From positions 1 to 26,738 of the forward strand of contig DATDXA010000050.1 of NCBI GenBank assembly GCA_035289485.1: 26,738 nt of DNA, in the 5' to 3' direction. Positions 7,163-15,401 of this stretch are shown piece after piece. Every line of letters starts with the position of its first letter. Positions within the stretch are counted from its first letter, which is position 1. The translations under genes and the position numbers were made by a program. The DNA is from an archaeon. Lineage in GTDB: Archaea; Iainarchaeota; Iainarchaeia; Iainarchaeales; Iainarchaeaceae. Below the pieces are notes generated by a model. It did no database searches. It was given only the letters and a program-made list of their open reading frames with translations, and was not told the origin of the DNA.

Positions 7163-7795
7163 TTAGTTCTTCTTCAAATAAGGAAGAACTTTTCCACTTT
7201 TTTCCGCTTCTGCAATCAGTTTCTTTGCATAGAAAATGCGCTGCACCGAGCCTACTGCGGCAATTAGTGCAATTGCCCAGAGTGAAAGTTCGAGTATTTT
7301 CGTTCCGCTGAATGCAATTCCGAAAATCGAGAGCAATATCCCCCCAAGCAACAGAAGCATGCGCTCTGAGTGCTCTCCAATTGCCGGCCAGTCGCGGTTG
7401 TCTGTAATTATCACAAGCGCCGCGCGCGACTTGGCATAGCTTGCAAGCATTGAAAAGCCAAGAGCGCAAATCGCGGCAATAGGGTGCACAAATGCAGCGC
7501 CGATGAAAAGTATTATTTCCACAGCCTTGTCAACCATTGTTTCGAAATAATTTCCAAAAAGCGTTGAGCGGTTCTGCAGGCGGGCAACCGCACCGTCAAA
7601 GAGGTCAATTGAAACCGCAAGCAGCGCAAAGATGAATGCACTGTGAAACTGCTGGAGTGAAATGAAATACGCGGCAGCGATTGCAAGCGGAACTGCAAGG
7701 AAGCTGAAAAGATTAGGGTTTATTTTTGCCGCCGCGAAAGGATATGCCACAATGTTCACAAACGAGCTTATTGCGGGGCGAAGTTTTCCAATCAT
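7163..7795 (-). CDS. CDP-alcohol phosphatidyltransferase (archaeal lipid head-group synthase family)
   Basis: PN..S followed by DLFDGAVAR...STLFGNYFETMVDK signature; SYAKSRA and GEHSER resemble archaetidylinositol-phosphate synthase motifs. Start ATG 7795 (or TTG 7801). Confidence 0.9.
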   Translation of the reverse strand: MIGKLRPAISSFVNIVAYPFAAAKINPNLFSFLAVPLAIAAAYFISLQQFHSAFIFALLAVSIDLFDGAVARLQNRSTLFGNYFETMVDKAVEIILFIGAAFVHPIAAICALGFSMLASYAKSRAALVIITDNRDWPAIGEHSERMLLLLGGILLSIFGIAFSGTKILELSLWAIALIAAVGSVQRIFYAKKLIAEAEKSGKVLPYLKKN

Positions 7796-7874
7796 TGGCA
7801 AAACACCAGTTAACCATTGTTTATAGGGAGTGAATATATTAAAAAGAAAGGGAAACCAATACTAGCGTGCCTAA

Positions 7875-8876
7875 ATGAAAATAGCTTTTTTTGAAACAGA
7901 GAAATGGGAGCAGAAATACCTCTTGGAAAATCTAAAGGGGCACAAGCTCGAATTCAGCACTAAAGTCATTACCGCTGCGCAGGCAAAAAAGGAAAAGGAT
8001 GCGCAGGCGCTCGCGGTTTTCATTTATTCACAGGTTAATTCCGCAGTGCTTGATGCAATGCCAAAATTAAAGCTCATTGCAACGATGTCAACCGGGTACA
8101 ACCACATTGATGTTAAGGAATGCGCGCGGCGCGGAATTACGGTTTGCAATGTGCCAACTTATGGGGAGAACACTGTTGCCGAGCACACATTCGCCCTGCT
8201 GCTTGCGCTCTCGCGCAAAATACACCTCTCATATGAGCGCACACTGAAGGCGGACTTTTCGGCGCATGGCCTTCGCGGGTTTGATTTGAAGGGAAAAACA
8301 ATAGGTGTTGTAGGGTGCGGGCACATTGGCATGCATGTTGTTCGCATGGCAAAAGGATTTGAGATGGATATTCTTGTCTACGAAAGGCACCCGGATGAGA
8401 CGCTTGCTGCGAACATGGGATTTAGGAATGTGAGCGTGGATGAGCTGTATGCCAAGTCCGATATCATAACATTCCATGTGCCTCTGAGCGAAAGCACAAA
8501 GCACATGTTCAATGCCGGTTCGCTCAAAAAAGTGAAGAAAGGAGTTGTGATAATAAACACCGCGCGCGGGGAAATAATTGACACCAAGGCGCTCATAAAA
8601 GGCCTCTCGGACAAGACCATTGCGGGCGCGGGGCTTGACGTTCTTGAGGGAGAGTGTTATATCCGCGAAGAAAAGCAGGTGCTTGACCCGCACTTTCCCA
8701 AGGAGTGCGATTTGCGCACGGTTTTGCAAAACCACGTGCTCCTCAAAATGCCAAATGTTCTCATAACTCCGCACAACGCGTTCAACAGCCAGGAAGCGCT
8801 TGAGAGGATTTTGCACACAACAATCGAGAATGTAAATGCCTTTGCAAAAGGCAATAAAGTTAATACTGTCCAATGA
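7875..8876 (+). CDS. D-isomer-specific 2-hydroxyacid dehydrogenase (D-lactate dehydrogenase-like)
   Basis: STGYNHID, VAEH, GVVGCGHIG Rossmann motif, INTARG, GAGLDVLEGE, ITPHNAF. Confidence 0.93.
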   Translation: MKIAFFETEKWEQKYLLENLKGHKLEFSTKVITAAQAKKEKDAQALAVFIYSQVNSAVLDAMPKLKLIATMSTGYNHIDVKECARRGITVCNVPTYGENTVAEHTFALLLALSRKIHLSYERTLKADFSAHGLRGFDLKGKTIGVVGCGHIGMHVVRMAKGFEMDILVYERHPDETLAANMGFRNVSVDELYAKSDIITFHVPLSESTKHMFNAGSLKKVKKGVVIINTARGEIIDTKALIKGLSDKTIAGAGLDVLEGECYIREEKQVLDPHFPKECDLRTVLQNHVLLKMPNVLITPHNAFNSQEALERILHTTIENVNAFAKGNKVNTVQ

Positions 8877-8894
8877 AATGAGTACTGTGATTTA

Positions 8895-9842
8895 ATGGTT
8901 GTCTGTGTAATCGCGCTTGTTGTTTTTGGAATCCTTAGCATATTCTCCGCAACTCACAGGGCGATTGCACGCGAGGCATTCGACTGTGTTTTCCGCAAAA
9001 TGACGCTTCGCCCGTGCAACACAGGGCTAGATAAGCGCCTCAAGATGCTTGTGTCGATGAAAGTGATGAAGCACAACGAGGGCGCGGGAAAGTTCGTGCA
9101 CACGAACTTCGAGGCGATTTCATTCGTTTTCATGCTGCTAATGATTGGAAGCATTGTATTCAGCGGCATTGGCATTTACAATTTCTGGGCATACGGCAAC
9201 TGCAACGGGCAGAACAGCTCCGAGCTGTGCCTTCTGAACCCTGAAACTTATTCGAACACCAATCCGCTCGCATGGCTTTTCCCTCCATCCCCTTCTGATG
9301 TGTTGCCTGTTTCAAGCGAAGGGCTTCCCATGCGCGGAACAACAGGCGCGCCTGTGCAAATAATCGAGGTCGGGTGCTTCTCATGCCCGTTCACGAAATC
9401 AACCGAGCCGCTTGTGGATGAGGTGATGGCAAAATATGATGGTAAAGTGGCGCTCTATTTCAAATATTTCCCCCTTCCAAAGCACGAGTACTCGCTTGAA
9501 TCATCAGAGGCCGCAGAATGCGCGCGCGACCAGAACAAATTTTGGGAGTACAAGGAACTTCTTTTCACAAGGCAGCTTGAGTGCGCTGCGCAGCCAAATG
9601 CCGGGGAGCTGCATTCATTGCACGCGGAGTTTGCAGAGGAACTCGGGCTTGATACTGAAAAGTTCAGTGTGTGCATGAACACGGGAAAATATGCCCCATA
9701 CATTGAAGCGCAGAAGCAGGAATCAATCACCGCAGGGATTTACGGAACCCCTACATTTTTTATAAATGGAAAAGTGCTTGTGGCGCCGAAAACGATTGAA
9801 GAGTTTTCTGCGGTGATTGATGCGGAGCTCGCAGCACAATAA
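8895..9842 (+). CDS. Membrane-anchored DsbA/thioredoxin-fold protein
   Basis: Cys-containing 2-TM N-terminal region. C-terminal DsbA-like domain: G...APVQIIEVGCFSCPF, YFPLPKH, AAECARDQNKFWEY, GIYGTPTFFING. Confidence 0.88.
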   Translation: MVVCVIALVVFGILSIFSATHRAIAREAFDCVFRKMTLRPCNTGLDKRLKMLVSMKVMKHNEGAGKFVHTNFEAISFVFMLLMIGSIVFSGIGIYNFWAYGNCNGQNSSELCLLNPETYSNTNPLAWLFPPSPSDVLPVSSEGLPMRGTTGAPVQIIEVGCFSCPFTKSTEPLVDEVMAKYDGKVALYFKYFPLPKHEYSLESSEAAECARDQNKFWEYKELLFTRQLECAAQPNAGELHSLHAEFAEELGLDTEKFSVCMNTGKYAPYIEAQKQESITAGIYGTPTFFINGKVLVAPKTIEEFSAVIDAELAAQ

Positions 9843-9886
9843 ATATAATAATTTCGTCAATTGCCTAATAATATGCCGTATTTTCC

Positions 9887-9932
9887 GAAAAGCTTAAATG
9901 AAAATACACTTATTTTACTTATATTACTTATT
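9887..9932 (+). promoter_or_regulatory. TA operon promoter with a triple direct-repeat operator
   Basis: GAAAAGCTTAAATG (BRE/TATA), then ACTTAT at 9908, 9917 and 9926 (9-bp period), then SD GGTGAT. Confidence 0.55.
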
Positions 9933-9944
9933 CCAGGTGATTTC

Positions 9945-10157
9945 ATGGGAAGAAACATGACAATGGCGTTGAAGGACAAAACTTTTGAAATAATGAAAAA
10001 GCATCCAGAAATAAAATGGACTGAAATTGCAAGGCAGGCAATAGAGAAAAAGGCAATGGAAGTCGAAATGGAAAACGATGAATGGAGAAGGTATGCCATG
10101 AAAAGAGCATATGAGGACAAAGACTGGACTGATGCGGATGAACTCATCGATTATTGA
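9945..10157 (+). CDS. Archaeal RHH-type antitoxin
   Basis: MGRNMTMALKDKTFEIMKKHPEIKWTEIARQAI matches the 'N.T......MKKHPEI.WSE.AR.AI' antitoxin pattern; acidic tail; SD GGTGAT; overlaps the downstream toxin gene. Confidence 0.75.
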   Translation: MGRNMTMALKDKTFEIMKKHPEIKWTEIARQAIEKKAMEVEMENDEWRRYAMKRAYEDKDWTDADELIDY

Positions 10158-10488
10158 GCAGGGAGAGCTCATAGTTGCGGACATCCTTTTTGCAGAGCAG
10201 AACGCCGCAAAAAGGAGGCTTGCACTTGTAATCAGCAAAACCGAATACAACGAGCACTCACGAGACATTATAGCCCTTAAGGTGACATCGCAGGACCATT
10301 CGGATTATTTCTCGATTCCGCTCACAAACAGTGACACTGCAAAAAAAACCCTGAAAAAAGAGAGCTTTGTTGTTGCGGATTTCCCCACCACAATTTCAAA
10401 ACAGAATGTGTTTGCGCGGCCTGACATGGTTTCCGGAAAAAAGCTGGCGGAAATAAAGGCAAAGATTAGGGAACTCTATGAACTGTAA
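10138..10488 (+). CDS. PemK/MazF-family toxin
   Basis: EQGELIVADILF...KRRLALVISKTEYN...DIIALKVTS...LKKES fits the PemK pattern (the usual RP is RL here). Start ATG 10138 or 10132. Confidence 0.82.
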   Translation: MNSSIIEQGELIVADILFAEQNAAKRRLALVISKTEYNEHSRDIIALKVTSQDHSDYFSIPLTNSDTAKKTLKKESFVVADFPTTISKQNVFARPDMVSGKKLAEIKAKIRELYEL

Positions 10489-10544
10489 AATTAATGCACT
10501 CCGCCACAGTTAGACTTAAACACCAATTCACACATTGATTTAGC

Positions 10545-11759
10545 ATGATTTCCGAAAAAATACGCGCCGATTTTCCCATGCTGCAAAAGCACCCAAATCT
10601 TATCTACTTTGACAACGCGTCCACTACGCTAAAGCCAGTACCAGTGATTGCGGCAATGAATGAATATTATGAGCAGTTAACTTCCAACACAGGAAGAGGC
10701 TCACATCATATCAGCCAGCAGGCAACGCAGCGCTTTGAGGAATCACGCGAGGATGTGGCGAAATTTGTGGGCGCCAAGGCGCAGGAGCTTGCGTTCACGC
10801 GAAACGCAACCGAGAGCATAAACCTGACCACAGTTTCGCTAGAGAGAATGGGGCACTTCAAAACTGGCGATGAGATCGTGGTTTCATTTATGGAGCACCA
10901 TGCAAACCTTGTTCCGTGGCAGGAACTGTGCAGGCGCACTGGAGCGAAGTTGCAGGTTGTGAAGCTTAATGCGGATTACACTTTAAATATGGAGGATTTG
11001 CGCTCGAAAGTTTCGCGCAAAACTAAAATGGTTTCAATTGCGCACGCGGCAAATACGGTTGGCTCAATTCAGCCTGCAGCAGAGATTGCAAAAATCGCGC
11101 ACGATAACGGAGCGCTGTTTTTGCTCGATGGCGCGCAGAGCGTTCCGCACATGAGCGTGGACGTTAAAAAAATCGGCTGCGACTTTTTGGTTTTCTCCGC
11201 GCACAAAATGCTCGGGCCAACTGGGATAGGGGCGCTTTATGGAAAACGGGAGCTTTTGGAAAAAATGCCGCCCTACAATTACGGCGGCGGGATAATTTCG
11301 CATGTTTCTGCGGAAAAAAGCGAATATGTAAGCGCGCCGCAAAGGTTCGAGGCAGGAACAACCCCAATTGCGGAAGCATTCGGCTTTGCTGCTGCGGCAA
11401 AGTATTTGAAGAAGCTTGGAATGGAAAATGTGCGCGAGCATGATCGCAAGCTAACGGAGCACTGCATTGCAAAACTTGGTGGCATTTCGGGGGTGCAAAT
11501 GTACTGCCCAAAAAACGCCCAAAAGCAGGGCGGGATAGTGCTTTTTGGTTCCCGTTCGCTTGACGCGGTTGACCTTGCTGTGGCGCTTGATGAGGCCGCA
11601 AATATAGCGGTGCGAAGCGGAATGCACTGCGCAGAACCGATTGTGAGGAGCATTAATCCAAAAGGGCTTTGCCGCGCAAGCTTTTATCTGTATAATACAA
11701 TGGCGGAAATTGACACCTTTGCAAGCAAGGTCATGGCCATCACGGTGGCGTTCAAATAA
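10545..11759 (+). CDS. sufS: SufS-type (class II) cysteine desulfurase
   Basis: YFDNASTT, MEHHANLVPW, DGAQSVPH, SAHKMLGPTGIG (PLP lysine), RFEAGT, RSGMHCA (catalytic Cys), RASFYLYN. Confidence 0.95.
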   Translation: MISEKIRADFPMLQKHPNLIYFDNASTTLKPVPVIAAMNEYYEQLTSNTGRGSHHISQQATQRFEESREDVAKFVGAKAQELAFTRNATESINLTTVSLERMGHFKTGDEIVVSFMEHHANLVPWQELCRRTGAKLQVVKLNADYTLNMEDLRSKVSRKTKMVSIAHAANTVGSIQPAAEIAKIAHDNGALFLLDGAQSVPHMSVDVKKIGCDFLVFSAHKMLGPTGIGALYGKRELLEKMPPYNYGGGIISHVSAEKSEYVSAPQRFEAGTTPIAEAFGFAAAAKYLKKLGMENVREHDRKLTEHCIAKLGGISGVQMYCPKNAQKQGGIVLFGSRSLDAVDLAVALDEAANIAVRSGMHCAEPIVRSINPKGLCRASFYLYNTMAEIDTFASKVMAITVAFK

Positions 11760-11913
11760 AACGCACTTTCACATGCGTTAATTTTTCACTTGGCGAACCT
11801 GAAAAAGCGGGGTAGCGTTTTTAAAACAAACCGCAGTCAATTCTATTATAAAGCAACGAAAACAGCCTTTCCAAGGGTGAGCGGAAGGCATCGAAAAAGC
11901 AGGATTGGTATTT

Positions 11914-12210
11914 ATGAGTGCATTCCCCTATGGAACTGTGCAAACAAAAAAAACCATCCCTGCCGCAAATCATTCCGCCAAAGCATCAGTGCGCTCTTTT
12001 TCAATCGGCTTCTCACTTCTTAGCATTTTCCCATATTTGCTTGCAATTGTTTTTGCCCTTGCAGCAGGGGTAAAATTCGGCTTTTTTGGAATCAATAAGG
12101 CGCTTGCACTGCTGCTTGTTTCACTTATAACGATTTATTTTGCTCTCCCGATGATGGCACAAAGGCTTGAAAGCGGCATTTGGGCAACCCGGAAAGCGAG
12201 GAAAAACTAG
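11914..12210 (+). CDS. Small 2-TM membrane protein immediately upstream of the ATP synthase genes
   Basis: About 98 aa with two hydrophobic segments and a basic tail; ends 14 nt before atpH. Confidence 0.55.
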   Translation: MSAFPYGTVQTKKTIPAANHSAKASVRSFSIGFSLLSIFPYLLAIVFALAAGVKFGFFGINKALALLLVSLITIYFALPMMAQRLESGIWATRKARKN

Positions 12211-12224
12211 GAAGGTGTGAACGA

Positions 12225-12551
12225 ATGGAACACAAAGATGATTTTGCAGAAGAACTTGGAGAAATTAGGCAGGCCGAGGCCGAAAAGGAAAAAATACTTG
12301 AAAAGGCGGCGAAGGATTCCGAAAAAATAATCGCGGAGGCGAACGCGCAGGCAAAAAAAATAATCGAGAAGGCTTCGGATGATGCCGAAGCGATAGAGGA
12401 GGAAATCCTCATGAAGGCTCACAAGGAGCTCGAGGCAAAAGAGAGGCAAATATCTGCAAAGGCGCAAAAAGATGCGCAGGAAATTTCCTCAATGAATGTC
12501 CCTGCACCCGCTGTGAAGAAGGCAATCGAAGGAATGCTCGAAATTGAATGA
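12225..12551 (+). CDS. atpH: A/V-type ATP synthase subunit H (peripheral stalk)
   Basis: Coiled-coil E/K/A-rich (LGEIRQAEAEKEKILEKA); first core gene of the operon; SD AGGTG. Confidence 0.8.
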   Translation: MEHKDDFAEELGEIRQAEAEKEKILEKAAKDSEKIIAEANAQAKKIIEKASDDAEAIEEEILMKAHKELEAKERQISAKAQKDAQEISSMNVPAPAVKKAIEGMLEIE

Positions 12552-12564
12552 AAGGTGCAATGAA

Positions 12565-14472
12565 ATGTTTTTCCCGGCAAAGATGTGCAAAGTAAGGGTC
12601 ATAGGCCTCAAGAGCAACATTGGAAAAACAATCGGGGCGCTTGAGCGATATGGCGGCGCGGAGATAAAAAAATTCTCAAATACTGAAATTTCACTTTCAA
12701 AGCCCCTTGAAACCCACGACGAAACAATTGAAATGCTTCTCAAAATGGAGGCACTACTAAATGCGCTTAATGGGAAGGCAACGTATGCGGCAAAAATACC
12801 GGCTGCCAAGGCCGCGGAGTACATAAAATCCAAAGAATTCCGCGAAACTGAAAAGGAAATAATGAAAATAAGCGCAGAACTCGAAAGCAACTCTGCAGAG
12901 CTTGATGTGCAGAAGGATGCGAAGGCGAGGCTTTCGGTTTTTTTGGGGTTTGACATTGATTTTGGCAAACTAAAGCTTAGCTCGGTTAGCTTAATTGCAG
13001 GAACTGTTGCTGCGCAGAAAAGGCCGGCGGTTGAATCCGCGCTTTCCAAAATTTCTGAAGCGAACTTTTCTTTCAGGCCATATGGGGCGAACTCTTTTGC
13101 ATGCATTGTCGCGCTAAAGAAGGGAAATGAAGAGGCAATTGAGGAAATTTCAAGGGCGGGGTTTGAGCGCGTGCAGCTGCCGGAAATTGGCACAAAGCCA
13201 TCATCCGAACTCAGGGCAATTGAAAAGAGGATTGCGGAGCTTGAAAAGAACAAAGCGGCGCTGCAAAAAGAACTTTTGGGAATTTCCGCAAAATCTTATC
13301 AGAAGCTTGCCGCGGCAAAGGAATACCTCGAAATCGAATCCGGAAAATCCGGCGCTGCAACATCTCTTGGGAGCACGCAGCATGTATTTGTCCTTGAAGC
13401 GTATTTGCCTGAAAAGAATTACCGCGAATTTGAGAGGTTTGCACATGAAAACTTCGGGGAAAGAATGGAACTGCGCAAATTCTCAAGCCATGATTTGGAA
13501 AGCGCGCACGAAGAGGCGCCAACTTTACTTGAGCACAACAAGGCCCTTGCGCCATTTGAATTCATCACAAAGTACATGGCTGTGCCGCGCAGCGGAGAAC
13601 TTGACCCCACAATAATATTTCTTGTATTTTTCCCGATTTTTTATGGCATGATGGTCGGGGATTTCGTTTACGGGCTCATTTCATTCCTGCTCGCGCGATT
13701 CATTGTAAAAAAGGTCGGCGCGGAGAGCATACTTAAGCCGGTTGGAATAATCTGGATGTGGGGAGCCATACCGTCAATAATATTCGGGATAATTTATGAT
13801 GAATTCATGGGCATGTCGCACACAGAACTTATACACAGGTTTTTTGGGCTAGAAGAGGTCGTGCTCTATCATGGAATAGAGAGGCTGCATAATGTGCAGT
13901 TCCTGCTCGCGGCGACCATTCTCATAGGAATTATCACAGTATGCACAGGGTTTTTGCTTGGGTTTTTGAACGCGGCAAAGCACGGGAACAAAAAGCACGC
14001 GATTGCAAAATTCGGCTGGTTTGGAACCGTGATATTTGGGACAGTGCTAATCAGCACCGCGATATTCAATTCATTCCCCCAAATAATGATTCCTGCAAGC
14101 GGGCTGCTCTTGCTTGTTTCACTTTCGCTCGTTGTCAAGGGCGAGGGCGCAGTTGGACTAATTGAGCTTCCAAGCATTGTGGGAAACGTGATGTCCTTTT
14201 CCAGAATACTTGCAGTGGGGCTTGTCGGCACCCTGATAGCGCTAATACTAAATGATTTGCTTTTCCCTTCGCTTGACAAGGGGATATTATTAATCATTCT
14301 TATACCAGTTTACATTGTGGGGCATTTATTCAACGCATTCCTTGCAATGTTTGAATCGTTCATACAGGGAGCAAGGCTCAATTTCGTTGAAATGAACTCC
14401 AAGTTTTTCGAGGGGGGAGGAAGGGAATTCGCCCCATTCAGGCTTAGCAGGAAATATATCAAGGATGATTGA
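12565..14472 (+). CDS. atpI: A/V-type ATP synthase subunit I (a)
   Basis: MFFPAKM, PTLL.H, ELDPT...FFPIFYGMMVGD, SFSRILA (essential Arg), RLNFVEM.SKFFEGGG. Confidence 0.95.
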   Translation: MFFPAKMCKVRVIGLKSNIGKTIGALERYGGAEIKKFSNTEISLSKPLETHDETIEMLLKMEALLNALNGKATYAAKIPAAKAAEYIKSKEFRETEKEIMKISAELESNSAELDVQKDAKARLSVFLGFDIDFGKLKLSSVSLIAGTVAAQKRPAVESALSKISEANFSFRPYGANSFACIVALKKGNEEAIEEISRAGFERVQLPEIGTKPSSELRAIEKRIAELEKNKAALQKELLGISAKSYQKLAAAKEYLEIESGKSGAATSLGSTQHVFVLEAYLPEKNYREFERFAHENFGERMELRKFSSHDLESAHEEAPTLLEHNKALAPFEFITKYMAVPRSGELDPTIIFLVFFPIFYGMMVGDFVYGLISFLLARFIVKKVGAESILKPVGIIWMWGAIPSIIFGIIYDEFMGMSHTELIHRFFGLEEVVLYHGIERLHNVQFLLAATILIGIITVCTGFLLGFLNAAKHGNKKHAIAKFGWFGTVIFGTVLISTAIFNSFPQIMIPASGLLLLVSLSLVVKGEGAVGLIELPSIVGNVMSFSRILAVGLVGTLIALILNDLLFPSLDKGILLIILIPVYIVGHLFNAFLAMFESFIQGARLNFVEMNSKFFEGGGREFAPFRLSRKYIKDD

Positions 14473-14487
14473 AAAGGAGGTGCAACA

Positions 14488-14709
14488 ATGGTACTCGAAG
14501 AAGCTGCTGCAAAGGCACTCGGAGCCGCTATCGCAATTTTCGGCGGAGCAATAGGAACCGGGCTCGCGCAATCGGCAATCGGAGCAAGCGCAGTAGGCGT
14601 CATAGCCGAAAAACCCGAGCAGGCATCAAAACTGCTGGTGTGGCTTGTCATACCAGAGTCAATAGTCATATTCGGATTCATTGTAGCGGCAGTGTTGCTG
14701 TTCCTTTGA
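14488..14709 (+). CDS. atpK: A/V-type ATP synthase proteolipid subunit K (c), single hairpin
   Basis: 73 aa: GAIGTGLAQSAIG...AEKPE...IPESIVIFG with ion-binding Glu; strong SD AGGAGGTG. Confidence 0.95.
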   Translation: MVLEEAAAKALGAAIAIFGGAIGTGLAQSAIGASAVGVIAEKPEQASKLLVWLVIPESIVIFGFIVAAVLLFL

Positions 14710-14714
14710 AACAA

Positions 14715-14767
14715 CCTTTTTCTTTTCGTTAACACGAAAATAAAAATGTTGACGAAAAAGAAAAGTG
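14715..14767 (+). repeat. Intrastrand-triplex-type repeat, copy B (5 nt after the atpK stop)
   Basis: CCTTTTTCTTTTCG-TTAACA-CGAAAATAAAAA-TGTTGACG-AAAAAGAAAAGTG; one mismatch (T14741) against the consensus. Confidence 0.78.
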
Positions 14768-14772
14768 TCAGA

Positions 14773-14796
14773 CTTTCGCCAGAAAACTGGCGAAAG
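14773..14796 (+). other. Perfect 10-bp hairpin in the atpK-atpE spacer
   Basis: CTTTCGCCAG-AAAA-CTGGCGAAAG. Confidence 0.7.
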
Positions 14797-14824
14797 GGCA
14801 TGATTATCGCCAGGTGAGCAAAAA

Positions 14825-15400
14825 ATGGGATTGGAAAACGTGAAAAAGGGCCTTGTGCAGCAAGCGCAGGCGGAAGCGAAGAAAATTCTCTCGCAAGCTG
14901 ACAAGCTGGCAGAGCAAACAATCGAGGAAGCCAAGGAAAATGCATCCAAAATAAGGGCGCGGGCAAAGGAGAGGGCTGCGCAGATTGCGGATGCTGAGGC
15001 CAATGAGAAAGGGAGCGCTGCAAAGCTGCGCGCAAAAAAGCAAATTGCTGAAGCGACAAATGCGAAGATGGATGAGGCGCTTGCAAAGGCTTGGGAAGAA
15101 TTTTCCAGCGCGGCTCAGGGAAAAGGATATGAAAAAATGATGGAAATGCTAATTGAGGTAGCGGAAAAAGAGCTCGGCGGCAAGGCAATTGTATATGTAA
15201 ATGAGCGCGATGAAAAAATTGCCAAGAAATTTTCTAAAAATGTTTCACCAAAGGCGGCAAACATTTCAGGCGGAGCCATTGTGTCCACTGCAGATGGAAG
15301 AATAAGCATAGACAACTCGCTTGAGGCGATATTCGCGCAGAAAAAGGACGATGCAAAGAAGGTGCTTTACATGGAAATGTTCAAGGAGAGGGGCGAATAA
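14825..15400 (+). CDS. atpE: A/V-type ATP synthase subunit E
   Basis: MGLENV, N-terminal coiled coil, ISGGAIVSTADGRISIDNSLE; SD AGGTGA. Confidence 0.93.
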   Translation: MGLENVKKGLVQQAQAEAKKILSQADKLAEQTIEEAKENASKIRARAKERAAQIADAEANEKGSAAKLRAKKQIAEATNAKMDEALAKAWEEFSSAAQGKGYEKMMEMLIEVAEKELGGKAIVYVNERDEKIAKKFSKNVSPKAANISGGAIVSTADGRISIDNSLEAIFAQKKDDAKKVLYMEMFKERGE

Positions 15401-15401
15401 G

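Noticed and set aside
11800..11890. Fluoride riboswitch suggested by AAACCGC
   Set aside because: The upstream GGNGAUG and downstream pseudoknot elements are absent.
14310..15188. Long antisense ORFs over the atp operon (also 12489-13253, 18641-19519, 19886-20683)
   Set aside because: Antisense to conserved genes; explained by codon bias.
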